Shown: positions 53,157 through 63,176, counted from the first letter of the stretch. The stretch: 64,000 nucleotides of DNA from Nanobdellota archaeon (GCA_040753775.1 JBFMDT010000002.1:11955-75954); one strand, 5' to 3'. The notes: generated by a model not told the origin, from the letters alone. Translations and numbers: made by a program.

Positions 53157-55634
53157 TTGGTACCAAAAATGTTAAGATCTGTTAAGAAAGGCTTGTCAGG
53201 ACTGCTTATGTTTACTTTGCTTAGTAGCCCAGTTTCTTATGCATTTGCAGGCGAAAAAGCAGATAGCAAACAACAAGAAACTAAAGTATCCCAGCCAATA
53301 AACAAAAGGCTTGAATCAAAGAAAAAAGACCTTGAAAGCATACTAAAAACAATTAAAAAATATGAAGTTAGTATATTCAGCGGAGCAATAACCTTCAGCT
53401 ATGAACATGACAAACTCCATCTTAAGCTAGTCCCTCCATACAAAAATCCAAATGAGCAGGACAAAAGAGTATCGTTTAATTACCAGCTTAAAAATTTATA
53501 CAATAGTTTTCATAATTTAATATCAGACGGCAGGGAAATTGAAAGCCAGTTTGATAAGTGGTTCTTTGAAGCCCTGTACAATTATGTAAAACAAGAAAGC
53601 AAAAAATCAATCCCTAAAAATATGGTAGTTAGGGAAAATTGCTCAAAATTAACATACATCTCAGGAAAGAAAGAGGGCATAGAAGAAGGTACAGAAGAGG
53701 GAATCTATTTTCTTAAAGACAAAAATACTAAAGAGAGCTGTGGCTTCCCTGTTTTTTCTGATAGCATAGTTTCTCATGCAGAAAAAAATCCAAATACATT
53801 TTTTAAGGATTATAGCAAGGTAATAGGCGATCCAAAAAAAAGTGATCGTAGTTTTGAAGCAATTTTCAGGCCAGGAAGCACTATAACACTCAAGGCTAGT
53901 CCTTTGGTAGATATCATTAGCAAACAAAAATTAGAAAGTGTAGTCAGAACCTTTCCACAGCCAACTCCAGAAGAAAAGGAAGCACCATCCTTTATTCCAG
54001 TAGAGCCATTGCCAGAAGAAAAACAGAAGGAATATCCAGTGCAGCCTTCAGAAAAAATAACCGAAGAAACTCCAATGGAAAAAGAAGAAACAGATAATCC
54101 CCCTGAAATAAAAAGCATAAAAATAGCAAGGGGATGTCCAAGAGAAAATGAAAGAATAAATGTTGGAGTTGTAGTTGTCGATGAAGAAAGGGATAACTTG
54201 TATGCTGGATTGTCCTTGAGTATAGGAAACTTAGATAATTTCAATAAATTTGTTGGCCAGCCAGAAACACATAATTTTGATATCATTGATGTAAGATTCC
54301 CGCAAAACTATAAAGAGCTTAATGTTTTGTTTAAATCAAAAAATCCTCTTAAGAAAATATCTGACTTGGAAAATGACATTGTAATGGAAGCGTATGCAAT
54401 AGAATCTAAAAACCCAGAAAAGAACAATAAAAAAACTGAGATATTATACAATCCATTTAAAGAATGCAAGGGTATCAAAGGTGTAAAACCAGAATTACCT
54501 AAAGAACAATTATCACAAGAAGAAAAACAAAAAGAATTAGTTGCTGTAGAAGTACCAAAAGGGCCACAACCTGCAGAACAAGAGAAACCTAAATCAGATT
54601 ACGTAGCTGTTGAACTTCCAACTGAAAAACCTGCTCCAACTAAGGAAGAATCTGAACCTAGTGTGAAATATGGGCCATTAACTCCAGATTCAGAAAAAAC
54701 TAAAGAGCCAAAGCCAAAAAAACAAGCTCAAGACATACCAGTAACTCAACCATCTGATGGAAAAACCAAAGAAGGGAAAAAAGAATCTGAAAAAAGAGCA
54801 GAGAAGAAAGATAAAGGCGTTTATAGGCCATATATAAGTACTTTGGAGATAGGGAATGTAGCTAAAAATATTTATGAAATCTATTCGCAACCAATAGGCC
54901 TTAATGTGGATTCAAGAATAAATCTTAACTTATTTGGTGTAAATGCAAAAGAGAGCTTGAGGTTGGGAAGATTTTACGAATCAGTTAGTTTTACTTATTT
55001 AGACGGGAACAAAGCAAGCCTGCATGGAAAAACATCTAATCCAGCGAGCAGGCTGAATGGAACTTTTAATGCAATAGAAAAGGAGCTAAATGCAGAAGCA
55101 AGACTTTTGTTGTATAATAAAAATAACATAACCGTCTCTCCAGGAATGCAATACAACACTCTGGAATCAAGAACAAATGGCAATGCAGCTCTTGACATAG
55201 GTGGTGAAGCCTCTTTATCAAACAAGACAATAGACACAATCTACTCAGCTGGCTTGGATGTACTATCTAAAGGCAAGCCCGGTTATAGCATTGGATTTGA
55301 TGTATCTTATAAAAAGCAAAATAACAGGAATGGCCTGGATTTAGAGGGCCCTGCATATAAGATTAAGCTAGGCTCACAGGGAGAAATTGGAAAACTCTAC
55401 CTTGACTTTGGCGGATACGTTGAACTTGCAAACCTGGGCTTCACGGACTTCAAAAGGACAGACAATATATATGATCTGCATACAAGTGCAAGCTACAGCC
55501 CAAGCAAGCATTTGGAACTTGGAGTAAAATATGGGCTTATTGCTGGAAATTCCAAGCAAAAGTATAGTGATAAAACTCAGTTCAAAACAAAAACAATAGA
55601 AAATTCAGGAGGCATTTTTTTAAAAATAAAGTAA
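53157..55634 (+). CDS. Large exported protein with P/E/K-rich linkers and a C-terminal porin-like amphipathic beta-strand domain
   Basis: 825 aa. Signal peptide ending AFA-G. Two Pro/Glu/Lys-rich linkers. The last ~270 aa consist of short alternating hydrophobic/polar strands (YSIGFDVSY, LELGVKYGLIAG, GGIFLKIK). Confidence 0.6.
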   Translation: MVPKMLRSVKKGLSGLLMFTLLSSPVSYAFAGEKADSKQQETKVSQPINKRLESKKKDLESILKTIKKYEVSIFSGAITFSYEHDKLHLKLVPPYKNPNEQDKRVSFNYQLKNLYNSFHNLISDGREIESQFDKWFFEALYNYVKQESKKSIPKNMVVRENCSKLTYISGKKEGIEEGTEEGIYFLKDKNTKESCGFPVFSDSIVSHAEKNPNTFFKDYSKVIGDPKKSDRSFEAIFRPGSTITLKASPLVDIISKQKLESVVRTFPQPTPEEKEAPSFIPVEPLPEEKQKEYPVQPSEKITEETPMEKEETDNPPEIKSIKIARGCPRENERINVGVVVVDEERDNLYAGLSLSIGNLDNFNKFVGQPETHNFDIIDVRFPQNYKELNVLFKSKNPLKKISDLENDIVMEAYAIESKNPEKNNKKTEILYNPFKECKGIKGVKPELPKEQLSQEEKQKELVAVEVPKGPQPAEQEKPKSDYVAVELPTEKPAPTKEESEPSVKYGPLTPDSEKTKEPKPKKQAQDIPVTQPSDGKTKEGKKESEKRAEKKDKGVYRPYISTLEIGNVAKNIYEIYSQPIGLNVDSRINLNLFGVNAKESLRLGRFYESVSFTYLDGNKASLHGKTSNPASRLNGTFNAIEKELNAEARLLLYNKNNITVSPGMQYNTLESRTNGNAALDIGGEASLSNKTIDTIYSAGLDVLSKGKPGYSIGFDVSYKKQNNRNGLDLEGPAYKIKLGSQGEIGKLYLDFGGYVELANLGFTDFKRTDNIYDLHTSASYSPSKHLELGVKYGLIAGNSKQKYSDKTQFKTKTIENSGGIFLKIK

Positions 55635-55635
55635 A

Positions 55636-57159
55636 ATGAAGCTCAAAAATATAATCTCGGTGTTGATCCTTCTTGTACTATCTGTTAACGTAGCAAATGC
55701 CTTTGATTTTACCCTTCCAGATTCAGACAACGATGGAATAGCAGACATTTATGATAACTGCCCAAATAATTTTAATCCGGACCAATCTGATTTGGACAGC
55801 GACGGCATTGGTGATGTATGCGATAGCAACACTTATTTTCCAACATTAAATATCCCTGACCAGACAGTATATGAAGACACGCAACCAACATGGCAATTAG
55901 ATTTATGGCAATACACAACTGATCAAGATACTCCACTTTCAGGAATAAGCTATTCTATTGTATCTCAACCAAACCCTGGATTGATAACAGTTTCCTTAAG
56001 CAGCGGGAGATACATTATACCAAGCATGCCTTCTCTTAACCAGAATGGATTTTCAGATGTAACTGTACAGGCATTTGATGGCCAGCACTATACAACAGAT
56101 ACATTCAGGATTAATGTTCTTCCTGTTAATGATGCTCCTGCAGCAGATGCAGGCAATTCGCAGCAAACAGCATGCATTTTTGATTTAGTTTCATTTGATG
56201 CCTCAGCAAGCTACGACATAGATAGTCCAATAACAAATTACAATTGGGACTTTGGAGATGGAGCAACTGGAAATGGCATAACCATAACTCACCCTTATTC
56301 AAGCAATGGTATTTACACAGTAACATTGACAGTAACAGATTCAGGCGGATTAACTGATACCGATGTTATTCAAGTTACAATAGGTGGTGGAAGCTGCCCT
56401 GTACCTCAGCCTCCAGTAGCAGATGCAGGTCCAGACCAAAATGCTAATATTAATGACTTGGTTAATTTTGATGCCTCAGCAAGCTATGATATAGATGGAA
56501 CTATTATAAGTTATGTCTGGGACTTTGGCAATGGAAATTCAGCAGCAGGAATCACAGCTTCTCATTCATATGCATCTCCTGGAACTTACACAGTAACATT
56601 GACAGTGATGGACAATGATGGCTTAACAGATACAGATACAGCAGCAGTGAACATAGGCTTGATGGGCATGCTTGAAGGCGGACAAAAAGACCAGTTTTTT
56701 ACTATAGCAGGCACAAGGGCAGATACATTCAAACTTGCTCCAAGAGACGACTTAGTATTATATATAGAGATAAGAAATATAGGTCACTTGGATGAAGACA
56801 ACATAGTTTTGTCAGCGTCAATAAAGGATCTTAACCTTGAAACAAAGTTATCACCCTTTAGTTTATCGTCTCAAGATAGTGTTTGGAAAATAATAAGCTT
56901 TACTATTCCAGAAAATGCCAAAGGCGAATACATAGTAAAAATAAGCGCAGAAAATGACAGGCATAAAGATGAAAAATACATAACAATTGACATAAGGCAA
57001 AATGCAGTATTTAAAATAGTAAAAGACATTGCAACTCAAGATGATACAAATAATGCTGTTTCAATGACAAGTTTGCTGGCAATAATATTAACTTCAATTG
57101 CATTTATCATGTTTTTTGCTTTAATAATCAAGAAATTAGTGGGGGGATTAATGGAATGA
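55636..57159 (+). CDS. Surface-anchored adhesin-like protein (TSP3 Ca-binding repeats, cadherin-like region, 2 PKD domains, CARDB-like domain, C-terminal TM)
   Basis: 507 aa. Signal peptide. DSDNDGIADIYDNCPNNFNPDQSDLDSDGIGDVCD. Two FDASASYDID...WDFGDG...YTVTLTV PKD units. C-terminal TM helix. Confidence 0.8.
   Translation: MKLKNIISVLILLVLSVNVANAFDFTLPDSDNDGIADIYDNCPNNFNPDQSDLDSDGIGDVCDSNTYFPTLNIPDQTVYEDTQPTWQLDLWQYTTDQDTPLSGISYSIVSQPNPGLITVSLSSGRYIIPSMPSLNQNGFSDVTVQAFDGQHYTTDTFRINVLPVNDAPAADAGNSQQTACIFDLVSFDASASYDIDSPITNYNWDFGDGATGNGITITHPYSSNGIYTVTLTVTDSGGLTDTDVIQVTIGGGSCPVPQPPVADAGPDQNANINDLVNFDASASYDIDGTIISYVWDFGNGNSAAGITASHSYASPGTYTVTLTVMDNDGLTDTDTAAVNIGLMGMLEGGQKDQFFTIAGTRADTFKLAPRDDLVLYIEIRNIGHLDEDNIVLSASIKDLNLETKLSPFSLSSQDSVWKIISFTIPENAKGEYIVKISAENDRHKDEKYITIDIRQNAVFKIVKDIATQDDTNNAVSMTSLLAIILTSIAFIMFFALIIKKLVGGLME
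56194..56657 (+). repeat. Internal tandem duplication encoding two PKD domains (273-bp period)
   Basis: TTTGATGCCTCAGCAAGCTA starts at 56194 and at 56467. Both copies share the 21-mer TTACACAGTAACATTGACAGT. Confidence 0.75.
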
Positions 57160-57246
57160 AAGCATATTTTTTGCTACCGATAAGTTTATATATTAGTTCT
57201 CACCACAAAATAACAACAAAATACAATTCATAAGGGGGATTAAAGA

Positions 57247-58542
57247 ATGAAACAATTCAAATTTATAAGTGCAATATTACTTTTACTTGTTAGTGTAGTT
57301 GCTGTTACTGCAGCTGACTATCAAATAGACCAAGTAAGTGTTGATGATGTTAACATTCTTCAAAATGGAAATGCTGTTTTTATGGAAAGAGGCCAAAGTG
57401 CTACAGTAGAAGTTTGGCTTTCAGGAGTTAATAATTCTGGTTCAAGCTCTGTTGATAATGTCAGGGTAAGGGCATGGATTGGCGGTTATGAATATGGCGA
57501 TCTTACTGCAACATCAGACATATTTGAGGTAGAGCCAGGCGTGTCTTATAAAAAGGTGTTAAACTTAGATATTCCAGAGGATATAGATGCTTCCAAGACA
57601 TATACCTTGCATGTTGAAGTCTTTGATGATGTCGATAGCATAGAAAATGTATATAATATGAGGGTGCAGGAGGCAAGGCATTATATAGAAATACAGGATG
57701 TTCTTTTCACTCCAAATGACCTTACAGTAGAGGCTGGAAAAAACCTATTTGCAACAATAAGAATAGAGAACATAGGAGACAAGAAGGAAGAGGATATTAA
57801 GGTAAAGCTTAGCATTCCAAAACTAGGCTTGTCAACAAGAACCTATGTTGATGAACTGGTTGCACATGAGGTTGATAATACAAATGAAGAGGATTCAGCT
57901 TCAAGCAATGAATTATACTTGAGAATACCTGAAAGCACAAAGGCTGGAAATTATGATGTTGTTGTTCAGGTTGAATTTAACAACGGTCATTCTGTTGTAG
58001 AGCAGTCTTTTGTCTTGAATGTTCTTGGTGCTGTTTTAAAAGTCGAGCCAACAGCAATGGTTACAATAGACACCTCAACAAGGCAGCTAACTCATGGTTC
58101 AAGCTCAATATACAAGCTTTCATTTGCAAACCTTGAAGACAAGCAAAAGAGCTACACTTTGGAGATTTCAGGAGTAGAGCAATGGGCAACTGTTAGCTCA
58201 GACCCAGCAGTTATAAATGTTAATCCAGACTCAACAAGCGATGCCTATGTTTACTTAGCTGTTAACGAAGATGCTTCTCCTGGATTGCACATGTTTACAG
58301 TAAAAATAAAGTCAGGAGATGAGGTTGTAAAGGAAATAAATCTTGGCGCAGATGTAGTTGCAGCAAAGAAAACAAGTGCATGGGATGTAATAAAAAAGGT
58401 AATTTTAGTGATATTCATCTTGCTATTGGTTGTATTGGTTATATTGGGAATAATAATAGGCATAAAGAAATTCAAGAAAGACGAAACAGAAGAGCCAGGG
58501 GTAACAGAAGCAGAGAGCTATTATTTTTATCCTAATCAATAA
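57247..58542 (+). CDS. Surface-anchored protein with CARDB/S-layer-like beta-sandwich repeats and C-terminal TM
   Basis: 431 aa. Signal peptide. LTVEAGKNLFATIRIENIGDKKEEDIKVKL looks CARDB-like. C-terminal TM VILVIFILLLVVLVILGIIIGI. AAGGGGGAT SD-like element upstream. Confidence 0.6.
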   Translation: MKQFKFISAILLLLVSVVAVTAADYQIDQVSVDDVNILQNGNAVFMERGQSATVEVWLSGVNNSGSSSVDNVRVRAWIGGYEYGDLTATSDIFEVEPGVSYKKVLNLDIPEDIDASKTYTLHVEVFDDVDSIENVYNMRVQEARHYIEIQDVLFTPNDLTVEAGKNLFATIRIENIGDKKEEDIKVKLSIPKLGLSTRTYVDELVAHEVDNTNEEDSASSNELYLRIPESTKAGNYDVVVQVEFNNGHSVVEQSFVLNVLGAVLKVEPTAMVTIDTSTRQLTHGSSSIYKLSFANLEDKQKSYTLEISGVEQWATVSSDPAVINVNPDSTSDAYVYLAVNEDASPGLHMFTVKIKSGDEVVKEINLGADVVAAKKTSAWDVIKKVILVIFILLLVVLVILGIIIGIKKFKKDETEEPGVTEAESYYFYPNQ

Positions 58543-58654
58543 GCTTTACTTTTTCTTATTTTTATCTTAATTAACTAGAATACTAAAATAATAAGTTATA
58601 GCCTATTCATTATCATCATCCACAACAGGCCATTTAGATATTTCTTTTATTGCC

Positions 58655-58960
58655 CTAAGTTATAGCTGGTCCATTTCTTTCCCAAAATGTTCCATGTTGC
58701 AATTGACCTTCCAATGCCTTATACTTTATAAACATATCAAAGCATCTTATACCCTTATTTTTTTGAACATGCTCTCTTAACCTATCACTTAGTTCAAGAG
58801 GGAGGTTTCTTCTTAGTAAAACATAATCTTCTCCTGCCTGTCCACATACTGCATCGCGAAACAAATTTTTATCTTTTTTAAAAATTATATATGCAAGTAA
58901 AAAATCATTCTTTTCAATTGCATCTCTAAATTGTTGATAATATTTATAATGCTTGTCCAT
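58655..58960 (-). CDS. Hypothetical protein
   Basis: 101-aa ORF. No family recognised. Confidence 0.4.
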   Translation of the reverse strand: MDKHYKYYQQFRDAIEKNDFLLAYIIFKKDKNLFRDAVCGQAGEDYVLLRRNLPLELSDRLREHVQKNKGIRCFDMFIKYKALEGQLQHGTFWERNGPAIT

Positions 58961-59009
58961 TTAAAGAGAAATATTTTTTATCTATTTAAACTTTTCCAAA
59001 AATAAAAAC

Positions 59010-61823
59010 TTAAACCTTCAAACTTATAATCTTGCTTATTCCATCCTGCATGCTTACGCCGTAAATTTGGTCAGCCTCTGTGATAAGTGCATCATTGTGG
59101 CTTATTACAATATACTGTGCATTATTTGAATACTTCTTGATAAGCTTTGAAAGCAGCTCAGAATTAACCTTATCCAATGCAGCATCAACCTCGTCAAACA
59201 AATAGAATGATGCTGGGTCATACTCCTGTATCGCAAATATAAAGGCTAGCACTGTCAAGGTCTGCTCCCCCCCGCTTAAGCTGTATATGTCAAGTAGCTT
59301 ATTTCCAAAAAACTTTACTCTTATATTAAGGCCTGCATTAAATGGTTCTTCTGGATTTTCAAGTTCAAGGTGCGCCTCTCCCTTGGCTGAGAGATTTGAG
59401 AATATTTTCTTAAAGTTATTGTTGATTATGTCCAATGTTCTCATAAAAATATCCTTCTTCTTGGATTCAATCTCAGCAATTACATTCAAGACTTCATCTT
59501 TTTCAAGCTTCAGTTTATCAGCCTTTTTTAACAATTCTTGGTGCTCTTTCTCTATGCTGTCATAAACATCCAATGCCCTTAGGTTTACGCTCCCAAGGCT
59601 TTTTAATGTCCTTTCATATTCCTGTATCTTTACTTTTAATTCATTTAGGGGAGCATTCTTCAGTATCTTGGCATCTTTAAATGGCTCAAGCTCCTTTGCC
59701 AGCCCTTCAATCTCAGCAACAACCTTGGCCCTGTTAATGGAAAGCTCGTTAACGCTGTCTTCAATAGATTTCTTGTTTTCCTCTTCTTTTTGTATTCTGT
59801 TTTCTGTATTTTGTATTAATTCGTTGTTTTTATTTCTTTTATTGATTAAGTCTCTTGCCTTGCTGTGGAATCTTTTCTCATTATCTTCATCCTCTCTGAG
59901 CCTTTTTTCATAATCCCTTACTTTTTCTTCCAATTCCTTAATCTCTCTTTTAAAGTCATTAAGTTCTTTGTTGTGCTGCAAAAGTATTTTTTCTGTCTTT
60001 TTTCCCTCAGGTATAAGCATGCTTTCTATCTGTATATCAATCTTGTTTATCTCCGACCTAAGCCCAATCACCCTTTTTTCGTTTTCCATCTTTTTGTTTT
60101 CAAGCCTGTATATGTTGTCGCTTAGCTCTTTTATCTCCCTTTCAACCTTTGCTGTATTATCGCTGAATCCTGTGGCAATCCTTCTAAAACCGCCAATCAT
60201 TGCTCCAGCCTGCTCTATTAAATCACCATCAAGCGTGACCATTCTTGCCTTTCCTATTCCAATCTTCCTAGCTTCTTCTATGTTTTTAACAACAATTGTA
60301 TTTCCAAAAACAAAAGAAAATGCATTTTTGAACTTGTCATCAAACTTTACAAGGTCTATTGCTAAGCCCCCTGTTTTTTTGGCAAGCTCCCTTAAATTAC
60401 TGTTTTCCCTTGGCTCTATTTTGTTTAATGGCAAGAATGTAGCTATTCCTAACTTGTTTTCCTTGAGGAATCTAATGCATTTCTCGGCTATCTTGTCATT
60501 CTCCACAATAATGCTCTTCATTCTTGAGCCAGCTGCAACCCCTAATGCAAGCTCGTATTTGCTATCAACCTTTCCAAGCTGGCTTATTGTTCCGTAAACT
60601 CCATCTTCCTTTAGCTCAAGAATCCTTTTAACAGCAAGATCTCCTGTAAATTCCCTTATGCTCAAATTCCTTACTCTTAGCTTGTTTAGTTCCTCATTCT
60701 TTTCTTTTAATTTGCTTATGCTTTCCTTCAGCCTGTTTTCCCCTCCGATAATGCCCTTTATTTCTGCTTCAATGTTTTCCCTTTTTTTCTTTAGTTCTTT
60801 AACCCTCTCGTCTATGTCAACAGTCTCATTTTTCAGCTGCTTCTTTCTTGCTTCAATCTTTTCAACCTCATTTCTGCATGTTCCAAGCCTCTCTTTAGTC
60901 CTTATCAAATCAGTCCTTGCTATCTCAATCCTTTTTCTTAATTCCAGCTGTTCTTTTTCCCCCTTCTCCTCTACCTCATTGTTAATTTCTTTTATCTCCT
61001 CTTTTAATCTTTTTATATCATCCCTAAATTTGTTAATGACAGAGTCAATCTTGTTTATTTTTTCTTTGCAATTATTTATCCTGCCTTCCACTTCCCTTTT
61101 CTTATTTTCCCTTTCTTCGATGCATAGATTTATGTAAGTTGCCTTGCTGTCTTTTATCTTTTCTTCAATCTCCTTGTATTTTAATGCCTCGTCCCTTTCC
61201 TTTTTCAGCTCCCTTAAATTAGCCTCCCTTTCTGTTAAGATTATTTCTGCTTCCTTCAGCCTTTCACTTACCTTTTCAAGCTCCATCAATGACTTTCTTT
61301 TTTTGTCCTCATAAACAGATATTCCAGAAATGTCTTCTATAACCTCCCTTCTTTCAACAGGCTTCATTTCTATGAATCTTACTACGTCTCCCTGCAATAC
61401 TATATTATGTCCATCCGGGTCTATTTTTGCATGGTTTAATAAATCTAGGATCTGCTCCCTTGTCATAACCTTGTCATTAATCCTGTACGTGCTGACTCCT
61501 GTTTGCTTTACAGTTCTTGAAATCTTTATTGGGTTGTCTTTTATTGGAAACTCGCCGTTAGAATTGTCAAAAAATACCTCGACAAATGCCTCTTTATAAG
61601 GAGAGCCTTTTTTTCCGCCATTGTATATCAAATGAGAGGCTTTTTCTGCCCTTAACTCCTTTGAAGAACTTTTGCCAAGCACAAAGCATATTGAATCTGT
61701 TAAATTCGTCTTACCGCTTCCGTTTGGTCCTAAAATGCAGCTAAAGCCTGCCGGGAATATAAGTTCTGTCAGCTTGGGAAAGGATTTAAATCCCTGCAGC
61801 CTTATCTTTTGTATTAGTGTCAT
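59010..61823 (-). CDS. smc: Chromosome segregation protein SMC (short form)
   Basis: 937 aa. Walker A GPNGSGKTN, central hinge (GTISQLGKV...), signature LSGGEQTL and Walker B LFDEVDAALD. Confidence 0.9.
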   Translation of the reverse strand: MTLIQKIRLQGFKSFPKLTELIFPAGFSCILGPNGSGKTNLTDSICFVLGKSSSKELRAEKASHLIYNGGKKGSPYKEAFVEVFFDNSNGEFPIKDNPIKISRTVKQTGVSTYRINDKVMTREQILDLLNHAKIDPDGHNIVLQGDVVRFIEMKPVERREVIEDISGISVYEDKKRKSLMELEKVSERLKEAEIILTEREANLRELKKERDEALKYKEIEEKIKDSKATYINLCIEERENKKREVEGRINNCKEKINKIDSVINKFRDDIKRLKEEIKEINNEVEEKGEKEQLELRKRIEIARTDLIRTKERLGTCRNEVEKIEARKKQLKNETVDIDERVKELKKKRENIEAEIKGIIGGENRLKESISKLKEKNEELNKLRVRNLSIREFTGDLAVKRILELKEDGVYGTISQLGKVDSKYELALGVAAGSRMKSIIVENDKIAEKCIRFLKENKLGIATFLPLNKIEPRENSNLRELAKKTGGLAIDLVKFDDKFKNAFSFVFGNTIVVKNIEEARKIGIGKARMVTLDGDLIEQAGAMIGGFRRIATGFSDNTAKVEREIKELSDNIYRLENKKMENEKRVIGLRSEINKIDIQIESMLIPEGKKTEKILLQHNKELNDFKREIKELEEKVRDYEKRLREDEDNEKRFHSKARDLINKRNKNNELIQNTENRIQKEEENKKSIEDSVNELSINRAKVVAEIEGLAKELEPFKDAKILKNAPLNELKVKIQEYERTLKSLGSVNLRALDVYDSIEKEHQELLKKADKLKLEKDEVLNVIAEIESKKKDIFMRTLDIINNNFKKIFSNLSAKGEAHLELENPEEPFNAGLNIRVKFFGNKLLDIYSLSGGEQTLTVLAFIFAIQEYDPASFYLFDEVDAALDKVNSELLSKLIKKYSNNAQYIVISHNDALITEADQIYGVSMQDGISKIISLKV

Positions 61824-62023
61824 TTTACTTTAGTTTCAAGAGTAATTTCTTTGCTTTTAACCCATTCAATTACATCTTTTTTAACAAATCTTATTGAGCT
61901 GCAACTTGGGGTTAACTTACAATATGGAATTGGGTTGTCTTTATCTTTCATATATTTTTTTATAGTTCTTTCAGAGATGTTTAGATAAGCAGAAAGCTCC
62001 ATTAATGTCATAATGTCTTTCAT
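61820..62023 (-). CDS. Excisionase/MerR-type HTH (HTH_17-like) small DNA-binding protein
   Basis: 67 aa. LMELSAYLNISERTIKKYMKD...IRFVKKDVIEWV. 4-nt overlap with the smc start. Confidence 0.55.
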   Translation of the reverse strand: MKDIMTLMELSAYLNISERTIKKYMKDKDNPIPYCKLTPSCSSIRFVKKDVIEWVKSKEITLETKVK

Positions 62024-62106
62024 TTTCTTATTAAAACTCTATTTAGGATAATTTAAATAGTTTACGTAGGGCCTTTTATAAAAAGCCTCTGGAGGAAAAA
62101 CTTTTA

Positions 62107-62763
62107 TTAAAACTCATCTAATTTCTTTTGTGATTTAGCAGTTTTATGGGCTTTATAAGTCATCCAGCTCTTCCTGAATATTTCTGGATATTTGTCAATG
62201 TTATGCTTTATGAATTCCTGACAAATAGGATTAGAGGAATAGCCAGAACCGATGGATTCGCCAACAAATTTTTCTATTTTTTTAACTTCTTTTTCCCTTT
62301 CAACTTTCGCTATAATGGAAGCAGCTCCAACAGGAATATACTTGTAATCGGCTTTATGCTCAACAATCAATTCAATCTTTTTATTCTTTAATAGATTTAA
62401 TAAATATTCTCCGTATTTTTTTATGTTTGGGCTTGGGCAGTCTATAATTGCCTTATCTGGTTTTAACTCATTTATTATTTCAGCTTGTTTTAGTGCCTCA
62501 AGCCAATTAAGATTTAAGCCATTTTTGCTTTCAACAGCCTTGTCTATCTCTCTTGGCCTTACTTGAACTATCTTTATTTTCTTTGCAATTTTTTTAATCT
62601 TCTCTGCTAGTTCTACCCTTTTTTTATGTACTAATAATTTTGAATCTTTTACTCCAAGAGATTTTAATTTAGCTAAATCCCTTTCATCAAACATAGCCCC
62701 AACTATAAACATGCTTCCTATGCATGGCCCCCTTCCAGCTTCGTCAATGCCCAAAACCAACAT
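62107..62763 (-). CDS. rnhB: Ribonuclease HII
   Basis: 218 aa. GIDEAGRGPCIGSM active-site N-terminus, DSK, and the later D of the DEDD tetrad. Confidence 0.9.
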   Translation of the reverse strand: MLVLGIDEAGRGPCIGSMFIVGAMFDERDLAKLKSLGVKDSKLLVHKKRVELAEKIKKIAKKIKIVQVRPREIDKAVESKNGLNLNWLEALKQAEIINELKPDKAIIDCPSPNIKKYGEYLLNLLKNKKIELIVEHKADYKYIPVGAASIIAKVEREKEVKKIEKFVGESIGSGYSSNPICQEFIKHNIDKYPEIFRKSWMTYKAHKTAKSQKKLDEF

Positions 62764-63176
62764 TATTTCTCAATCTCTCCTGCCTTCAGCCTGAATATAA
62801 TCCATCCATTCAAGGCAAATAAAATAAGTATCCCGCTAATCAAATTAAAAAATCCCCTTATTCCAAAGCTTATCCCTATCAAAATTACAAGCACAGAATA
62901 AATAAATGATAAATAAAAATAATTGTTAACTCTTTTTTCTTTCTCGCTTTTGCCTATCTTGAATAAGTAATTTGTGGCAGCGTACCTTATTGACTTGTAC
63001 AGAATTATAAAAAATAGCGCAACAGCAACAACCACCAACGGATAAGAAAGCAAGTTGGAAAATAACACTCTTTTAGCTAAAATCTGTGCTACAATGCGTG
63101 ATAAGACTATTAATACAATAACAACTATGAGATATTTTTTAAGAAGCCCCTTTAGTTTTGGCTCAAGCTTGTCCAT
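62763..63176 (-). CDS. Hypothetical four-TM membrane protein
   Basis: 137-aa hydrophobic ORF with 1-nt overlap with rnhB. Confidence 0.45.
   Translation of the reverse strand: MDKLEPKLKGLLKKYLIVVIVLIVLSRIVAQILAKRVLFSNLLSYPLVVVAVALFFIILYKSIRYAATNYLFKIGKSEKEKRVNNYFYLSFIYSVLVILIGISFGIRGFFNLISGILILFALNGWIIFRLKAGEIEK

Noticed and set aside
58592-58666. 11-bp direct repeat TAAGTTATAGC (58592-58602 and 58656-58666)
   Set aside because: It is a short AT-rich repeat, and one copy covers the stop codon of ORF 58655-58960. This is compatible with chance in about 35% GC sequence.
59287-61599. Several long plus-strand ORFs (e.g. 59968-60597 at 209 aa, 60658-61137 at 159 aa) rich in S/F/L
   Set aside because: They lie antisense to the K/E-rich coiled coil of smc. 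The low-complexity Ser/Phe/Leu composition is the expected mirror of AAG/GAA-rich coding sequence, and the minus-strand gene has unambiguous SMC motifs.
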